Positions 35,063 to 42,089 of a DNA stretch of 42,089 bases are shown here, piece after piece (positions within the stretch are counted from its first letter, which is position 1; each line of letters opens with the position of its first letter). This stretch comes from Chiloscyllium plagiosum (lineage: Eukaryota), in contig NC_057720.1 in NCBI RefSeq assembly GCF_004010195.1, positions 35,424,771 to 35,466,859 of the forward strand, written 5' to 3'. The notes under the pieces were generated by a model that was not told the DNA's origin, searched no databases, and was given only the letters and a program-made list of their open reading frames with translations. Made by a program: the position numbers and the translations under genes.

Positions 35063-37244
35063 GATATTTGCCACAGCACAGAGACAGCATAACTGCAGAC
35101 GCCAATCCTCAAAGTAGCTTGGAGGGCATCAAAGCAGCATAGCAATGTATTTTGCAATAGGCTTGGGGTGACTTAAGCACTCTGAGGAAAAGTAAGTGCC
35201 TCCATGGAACAAGGATGAAAACACACATCCTTCTACTCCTGCAATTCCATCAGTTTCCCTGCTGTCATCCATCAGCAAGTCAGTCCAGATTGCTGCTGCT
35301 CATTCCAATTTGAGTCAGAGCCTCTCAAGGCCATCTGAAGTCTTCACTCCTGAAAGTAATAATCTTCTACCAACCACGTTTCATCAGGTGGGTAGTACTG
35401 TTTAGCAGCAGGAAAAGACACACAAAGGCAGGTAATAAAGGGTGAAGTGTCTGTATTATTTGGTTTATAATGTTTCTTTTACATTGTACAAATTAGACAC
35501 TGATGGCCAGTTAAATTGTGGGACTATTTATGAATTAGGGTTGATTTCCTCGTATCATAGTCAGGTGTTCGAGACAGAAAGAGGTTATTCAGGTTGTCTT
35601 CTCCTTGCCTCTTCCTATCCAGAGCTGATGGTCATAATGCTGGCAGCCAGAGTTGCATGCTCACAATGGACGGGCATGCAGTAAAACACCACACACTTTG
35701 ACAACTGCTCCACAGCAAGACTTGGCACTGGATGCTTTTTTCATTACAACAATGGTGCATGTTATCATATGAGTCAGCATGGCTTTCACTGAATACACAG
35801 TGTGCAAGTGTACACGGTTTATTCATAGCAGTCATGAGCAAAAACTAATTTTCAAGTCACCATTCTTTCACGTGTCATGGTGATGGGGAAAGCAAACCGC
35901 TGCAGAATTAAGGCATTATTACTGGTGACAGCATGTTACATGATTCGCTGCCTATGGTCATACACCAGCTGTCAATGGCACCAGTAACAATACAGCAGCC
36001 TGCAATTTCAACACTTGTGGAATGCTAACAATAATCCAAAAGAAAAATATCAACCAGCAACTAATCTGTAACTAGTTGATGAGCTCTTTAAATAACACTA
36101 ACATAGGATCTTTCTTGCTGCTCAATATATTGAGGTAGTTAATGAAGAGAGTTAATAAATAAAGTTAGAATATTGAGCTCCATACTGGTAATACTTCATA
36201 CACCTAGTTGATGCTCATTCCTCAAACTCTATCAACATGGTGTATGGCACAATTTATACATTAAGATCATATATGTGCTGCAGACAATATTTTGGAGCTC
36301 TATGGGTGCCGATGAGCTAATCTAATTCTCCAAGTCTCTGTAAGCTTTCCTTAATCTGATTGGTTGAGCAGACATGCTAGTATTTTCCTTCTTGTCCAAC
36401 ATTCCTGATAATATTAGTGTAAAGACAACTTGAACGACACACTGGACAATAATTAGTACTCGAGCAGAGGCACAAAGCAGAAATACTTAGAACATCTATA
36501 TAAGCAACATATTGGCGCAAAAGACAAATCAGACTAAGTCTACATGTCAAGTACAGTGTTTTTCACCATTTATGTGCAGAAACAGCAGATTTCAAATGAT
36601 GAAATGACCTTGATGTGGTAATGGATTACTGATGCCATGACAGCAGGTATCACGGCTTGTATGCAATTTATTTTTTTTTTTAAAACTAGCAATTGCTAAA
36701 GCTTACCAGCAAAATTGAAAATACAACTCACATTTTGCTGGCCATCTAAATTTCAGTGAAGTGCTGCGAACAAGGCAAATTACCAGTCTCACTCATGCAT
36801 GTGAGCACAGGAAGCTGACCGTCAATACTGAAATAAATTTGAATCCATTTCTTCCAGAAATCCAGTGTCACTTATTATCGAAGGGGAAGCCTCCTCTTTA
36901 AAAATCAACAATTTAAAAAGAAAAAAGGCAATGTAAAAAAATATTAAAGTGGCTTAAGAAACTGATCAAATCAGGGTGAGATTTCAAGATATGAATTTTG
37001 TTTCACACACCACTCAGTGGTTCATTTATTGTAAGCTATAACTCTCAATTTTGGAGTTTCAGTATTGCCACATTGCTCAATAAAACAATTGGGCCCATGT
37101 TGTTAAAATGATTCAAGTAATGAAATTTCTCTGATATGGTAAAGGATTGCAAGTGCTACAATAGTAAGTATCGTGGTTCATATGCCACCACATCACAAAC
37201 ATCTCTCATCAAAGTCACAAATGTTCTCCTTAGTCAAAATGTGA

Positions 37245-37500
37245 ATAACAAGGGGCATAATTTTAAGGTGTAAGGCAGGAAGTTTAGAGGGGATTTTGAG
37301 GAAAAAAAGATTTTCACCCAGAGTGTGACTGGAGTCCAGAATGCACAACCTGGGATGGTAGTTGAGGACTTGGATGAGCATTTGAAATGTCTTAACATTC
37401 AAGGCTATCGGCCAAGTGCTGGGAAGTGGAGCTAATGTAGATTTAGAGTAGTTACTTTATCACTGCTGTCTCATTGAGGCTAATGGCCTCTTCTGTACTA
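37245..37500 (+). mobile_element. CR1 3' fragment
   Basis: aacaaggggcataattttaaggtg...ttttcacccagagtgtg. The tail resumes after the PLE as gattctatga (about 37815). Confidence 0.75.
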
Positions 37501-37501
37501 G

Positions 37502-37792
37502 GAGAGAGTGAGGACTGCAGATGCTGGAGATCAGAGTTGAGAGTGTGTCCCAAGCCTCCAACTCAGCACCGCCCTCTGGACTTGTCCATCACTCCCCCCC
37601 TCTAACCTATCACCTTCTCCCTCACCTTCATCCGCCTATCGCTTTCTCAGCTACCCACCCCATCCCCCTCCCATTTATCTCTTAGCCCCGGCCCACTAGC
37701 CTCATTCCTGATGAAGGGCTTATGTCTGAAACGTCGATTTTCCTGCTCCTCAGATGCTGCCTGACCTGCTGTGCTTTCCCAGCAACACACTC
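37502..37792 (+). mobile_element. PLE family B pLTR with an inverted tail
   Basis: Inverted tail 37502-37548, pyrimidine-rich pLTR body, then attcCTGATGAagggcttatgtctGAAAcgtcgatt at about 37705-37740. Confidence 0.85.
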
Positions 37793-38499
37793 CCGTCATT
37801 TATGCAGTGTCTGATTCTATGAAATCACACCCTAAGTGATTGTGACAATTCCTTCCTCAACCTGTCTGTCTCCTAAGACAATGACTTACCACCTCATCCA
37901 CCTCCTCCAATGCCTCATCAAGCTGAATGTGACTGCTCTCAACTGGCTCATTCTAATCCATCCAATCATAGCCAGACAGCAACTTACATTAATCTTGCTT
38001 CTTGCTCCTGCATTGTTAGCTCCTGTGTCCCTCATGGATCAATATTTGGTCACCTCCTATTTCTCATGGAAATGCAAAATTACTCAATTACCTCAATTAC
38101 TTCACCAAAAGGCATAACATTAGTTTTCACATATATTCTTCAGATCGGCAATAGGCAACTCAACTTAACCAAAGCCTCTCTTAATTCCTACATTGTTAAT
38201 AAATAATCAAACGTTTTATTCATTAGGTCTTGAGATGTGAAAATTATTGGCTGAGTCAGCATTTATTGCCCATCACTAACTGTCCTTGAGAAGGCACAGT
38301 GGTAAGGTGCGCTGTGCCAATCAATACTGCATTAAAAGCAGTTTCCTTGAATTAACTGCTGGGAAAATTGAAGCCATTGATTGTAGTCCCTCAAAACCAT
38401 GTTCCAGATTTACCAACTCCATGCCTAATCCTGGCAACTGTCAGAGATTAAACAGTATGTACACAACATTGGTATCACAGTCTACTCTCAATCATCAGT

Positions 38500-39550
38500 A
38501 AAGTAGCGGAAGAAGTCATCGATAGTGTTAACATGCAGCACTTGTTTAGCAATAATCTGCTCACTGACACTCAGTTTGGGTTCCTCCAGGGCCATTGAGT
38601 TCCTGACCTCATTACAGCCTTGGTTCAAACATGGGAAAAGTAAAGAACTCTAGAATGACTGTATTTTACAATAGGGGAGAATGTGACCCAGTATGGCATC
38701 AAGGAGCCCTGGCAAATGACGTGCACCATTTGCATCACACAAGTGCGAGACAATGACCATTTTTAACAAGCAAGAATCTAACCATCTTCCTTTGACATTC
38801 AATGACATTACTATCATTGAATCCATCACTATCAACATCTTAGGGGTACCGCATTAATCAGAAATTTGAAATGAACAAGCTATATAAATGCTGTTGCTAC
38901 AAAAGCAAGTCAGAAGTTAGGAATTCAGCAAAAAGTAACTCACCTCCTGTCTCCCCAGTGCCTTTCAACAATCTACAAGACACAAGCCAGGAGTGTGATG
39001 GGATACTCCACATTTGCCTGAATGGATTTAGCTCCAATAATATGCACAAAACTCAATATTAATCAGGACAAGGCTTGACCGGCACACTTCCCACCCTTCA
39101 CAATTGATGACAGTGGCTACAGTACGTACCATCTACAAAATGCAGTTCAGTAGCTCACTCACACCCCCTTGACAGTATCTTGCAAATCTGAAACCTCTAC
39201 CACTTAGGAGAAGCAGATGCTTGGAATCATCTCCACCTACAAGTTCCCCTCTAAGCCACAGGCTGTACTGACTGTGAACTACATCACCATTTCTTCAATG
39301 TCACTGGGTCAAGATCCTGGAACTCCCTTCTTACCAGCAATCTGGATGTTTCTACATCCCAAAGACTGCAGCAGTTCTAGAAAGTACTTCACCACCACCT
39401 TCTCAAGGAGAGAGGGGGCTAAAAATATCTAGCGGTCATAATTACCTTCACTCTAAAATGCTATTTCCAAAACTGCATCCAAATTACAATTTATTGCCCA
39501 CAGATGGGCAATATGCTGGCTGAGCCTGTGATACCCACATCACATGAAAT
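38500..39550 (+). mobile_element. Old LINE fragment with internal deletions (family of 22270-23020)
   Basis: cagtttgggttcctccagggcc (QFGF.QG), acattcaatgacattactatcattgaatcc, terminus gatgggcaatatgctggc...cccacatcacatgaa. Confidence 0.75.
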
Positions 39551-39599
39551 ATTCATGTCATCATTCGCATAAGACTGCATAGTTCTATCTTTTACATCT

Positions 39600-40210
39600 G
39601 CCCCTTTCTCAGTTCACTAGATGTTGTTACGCTTATTCACAACTTTACTACCTCTAGACCTAATAATTTTCAATGTACTCCTGGCTGGTCTCCCATTTTC
39701 TATCATCCAAAAGGGTCATCATCCAAAACTCCAATGCTTGTACTTCAAATCTCAGCATATCCCCTTCACCTCTCAGCACTGCGGTCACTGCCCGAAATGG
39801 CTCCTGATCAGGCAATGGTTAATTTTTCAATTCTTATCAATATTTTAAAATGGCACTTTACAGTTTCACGCATATTTCTGTCAACTCCTCCAGCTCCAAA
39901 ATCCTCCAAAATAACTGGATGCCTCGAATGTTCCTGCCTCTTTCCATTCCTAATTTGAACGGTTCCACCATTGATGACTCTGCTTTCATTTACTGAAGCC
40001 TCAAACTCTAAAACATTTTCCTATACTCCACCATTTCTCACACCACTTCTTTTCGACACTCCTTGAAAGCAACCATTTTGGTCCATCTTCTGGCCTTCTG
40101 ACCTAATATCACCTTGTATGACTTTGTGTCATATTTTGTTTTATAATGCTACTGTGAATCTCTTCAAGGTGTTGCATTCCATTAAATATATTGTATAATA
40201 TCAGTTACTG
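39600..40210 (+). mobile_element. Ancient L2-like 3' relic
   Basis: acctctagacct...aatgtactcctggctggtctccc resembles the L2 TSRLDY.NALLAGLP region. Degenerate L2-type terminus near 40150-40210. Confidence 0.55.
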
Positions 40211-40376
40211 TTGGTTTCCCTAAGTACAGTTTAAAATCTCTTGTGGTTACCACTGTCCTCAATTTAAACTGCTACTTCCAAAATTGTATGTTAAAAGAAT
40301 TAGATCCTCAGGCAAATTATGATTGTTAACAGCACAGACAGCAGGACTTCTACACTGGAGTTAAAACAATACTTAC

Positions 40377-40485
40377 CATGCAAATAAGACATTTATACCG
40401 ATCCCCACGGGATAGCTGTCGTTCCAATTCACGGATACGGGCTTTCAATGCTTCAATTGTCGTTACAGTTGCATCTTCAGATATC
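40377..40485 (-). CDS. RNF220: Internal coding exon of E3 ubiquitin ligase RNF220 (coiled coil plus first CxxC of the RING)
   Basis: 109 nt, 1 nt plus 36 codons: ISEDATVTTIEALKARIRELERQLSRGDRYKCLICM, recognised as near-identical to the vertebrate RNF220 C-terminus. Acceptor tttgttgattttgaAG (AG at 40487-40486) with a CTAAC branch-point candidate at about 40523-40527. Donor GTAAGT at 40376-40371. Confidence 0.95.
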
Positions 40486-41409
40486 CTTCAAAATCAACAA
40501 AAAAAAATCAGAATGGGGGCTTGTTAGTTTACTTTATGATTGTTCTTTTCTAGACGTTGATGAGCCACATATCTTTTAAAGCATGCAATTTATCATAACT
40601 GGACAACAAGAAGGAGTATTAAGTACTTAAAGAATTATTCCTAATTAGAACAAACAATAGATATCTTTGAGCTCAGAACTGCTACAAAATGTTCACAGTG
40701 GATTGCCAAACTTTTCAGTGTAACAGAAATATCACTGTAAACAGTACTGAGCATTTTCAAACCTTTACACAAATATTCTGCAGAATGCATCGACTCTTAT
40801 GATGCAAATTTAGCTATTGCCTTTCCTCTATTTGAATCGGCAACACTAATCCTCTGCTACCTTCATCCCTTAGTTTAGGGATCTGAAATATGCATTGCAA
40901 CAAATTCAATACAGGCAATAATACAAAGCAAAATTGAACAATATTTCAGACAAGATAGAGAAATGCAAGTCAATAGAAGAGGTGGGGAGGAGCAAGTCAA
41001 AAGGATTGGCCAGCAAGACTGTCCTTTGATAAATTGACATTTTATTAACAAAAGCACAATTGAAAAGTCGACTACAGTTTTAAAGTACCCACTGGAAAGC
41101 ACCCAAATTTAAGAGCAATCAATTAAGTCTCATCTTAGATTGCCACTCTGGTCAGTCACTAAATGCTCACTAAATAGTATAACAGCAATGAGAGGATGTC
41201 AAACTAAGAATCAAATTAAGAATAATTAAGCTGTCAGCATGATTGCAGAGTTGTAGGTATCATAGGAATAGAACAGAAAGCACACGAGGATAGACTCATC
41301 TGACCAGATTTGCCTCTGTACTCCAGCCAAACAAACTAAACTTGGAACATCGTAATACATATAATAAATTTCAAGAATCTGACAGCCTAAACTCTAGGAT
41401 TTCTAGAAG

Positions 41410-41635
41410 AAGTAGTTGCAGAGATTGATTGCAGGTACGTTCGCTATGATTTCTCAAAAGCTGGGTGGCAGGGTGAAATGTGATGAGGATGTTAGGAGAT
41501 TACAGGGTGACCTGGACAAGTTAGGTGAGTGGGCAGATGCATGGCAGATGCAGTTTAATGCGGATAAATGTATGGTTATCCACTTTGGTGGCAATAACAG
41601 GAAGGCAGATTACTACCTCAATGGAATCAATTTAG
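41410..41635 (+). mobile_element. CR1 RT fragment, interrupted by a PLE
   Basis: KLGGRVKCDEDVRRLQGDLDKLGEWADAWQMQFNADKC...YYLNG. Confidence 0.88.
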
Positions 41636-42089
41636 AGTTTGGGTGAAGATTTGTAGCTCGGGTGCTCGTTGTTGTGGTTCTGTTCGCCGAGCTGGAAATT
41701 TTTGTTGCAAATATTTCGTCCCCTGTCCAGGTGACATCCTCAGTGCTTGGGAGCCTCCTGTGAAGCGCTTCTGTGGTGTTTCCTCCGGCATTTATAGTGG
41801 CCTGTCCCTGCCGCTTCCGATTGTCAGTTTCACCTGTCCGCTGTAGTGGCCGGTATATTGGGCCCAGGTCGATGTGTTTGTTGATGGACTTTGTGGATGA
41901 GTGCCATGCTTCTAGGAACTCCATCAACAAACACATAGACCTGGACCCAATATACCAGCCACTACAGCGGACAGCTGAAACTGACAACAGGAAGCGGCAG
42001 GGACAGGCCACTATAAACACCGGAGGAAACACCACAGAAGCGCTACACAGGAGGCTCCCAAGCACTGAGGATGTCACCTAAACAGGGGA
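41636..42089. mobile_element. Second-clade PLE (probably Poseidon-type) fold-back element running off the window end
   Basis: The minus arm encodes EFLEAWHSSTKSINKHIDLGPIYRPL, resembling a PLE endonuclease C-terminus. The left arm ends at 41888 and the right arm starts at 41920. Hammerhead-like CUGAGGA-U-GUCACCU-ggac-AGGGGAC-GAAA. Confidence 0.8.

Larger units (their letters stand above)
12776..40376 (-). other. RNF220: RNF220 intron (27,601 bp, GT-AG) between the two RING-encoding exons
   Basis: Defined by the flanking exons, which join in frame as KCLICM|DSYSMP. Confidence 0.9.

Noticed and set aside
1..42089. CRISPR arrays, operons or other prokaryotic systems, and the remaining short ORFs in the track
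   Set aside because: The sequence is vertebrate intronic DNA with no repeat-spacer arrays; the other ORFs are TE remnants or chance frames.

Overview
Eukaryotic genomic DNA from a cartilaginous fish (the repeat landscape is typical of elasmobranch sharks; the species cannot be fixed from sequence alone). The window lies inside the 3' part of RNF220 on the minus strand. It holds two coding exons: 40377-40485 (ISEDATVTTIEALKARIRELERQLSRGDRYKCLICM) and 12701-12775 (DSYSMPLTSIQCWHVHCEECWLRTL). They are separated by a 27.6-kb intron that splits the C3HC4 RING finger. I could not find the last exon (expected GAKKLCPQC...) in the window. The rest is intronic: many CR1 LINE fragments (one near-full-length, decayed, with an esterase-type ORF1), older L2-like and other LINE relics, one HE1/V-SINE and two assembly gaps. 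The most distinctive signal is about 15 Penelope-like element (PLE) pieces from several families. One still encodes a GIY-YIG endonuclease. Many are 90-500 bp fold-back mini-elements built as TSD / 31-39 nt unpaired tail / inverted arms / TSD and carry minimal hammerhead-ribozyme-like motifs. These include a U3-A8 compensatory core variant and an ACGU/AGCU switch in the palindromic helix III. PLE hammerheads and inverted pLTRs are known in general, so I do not claim a wholly new system. Repeat family names and most repeat boundaries are by eye and approximate.
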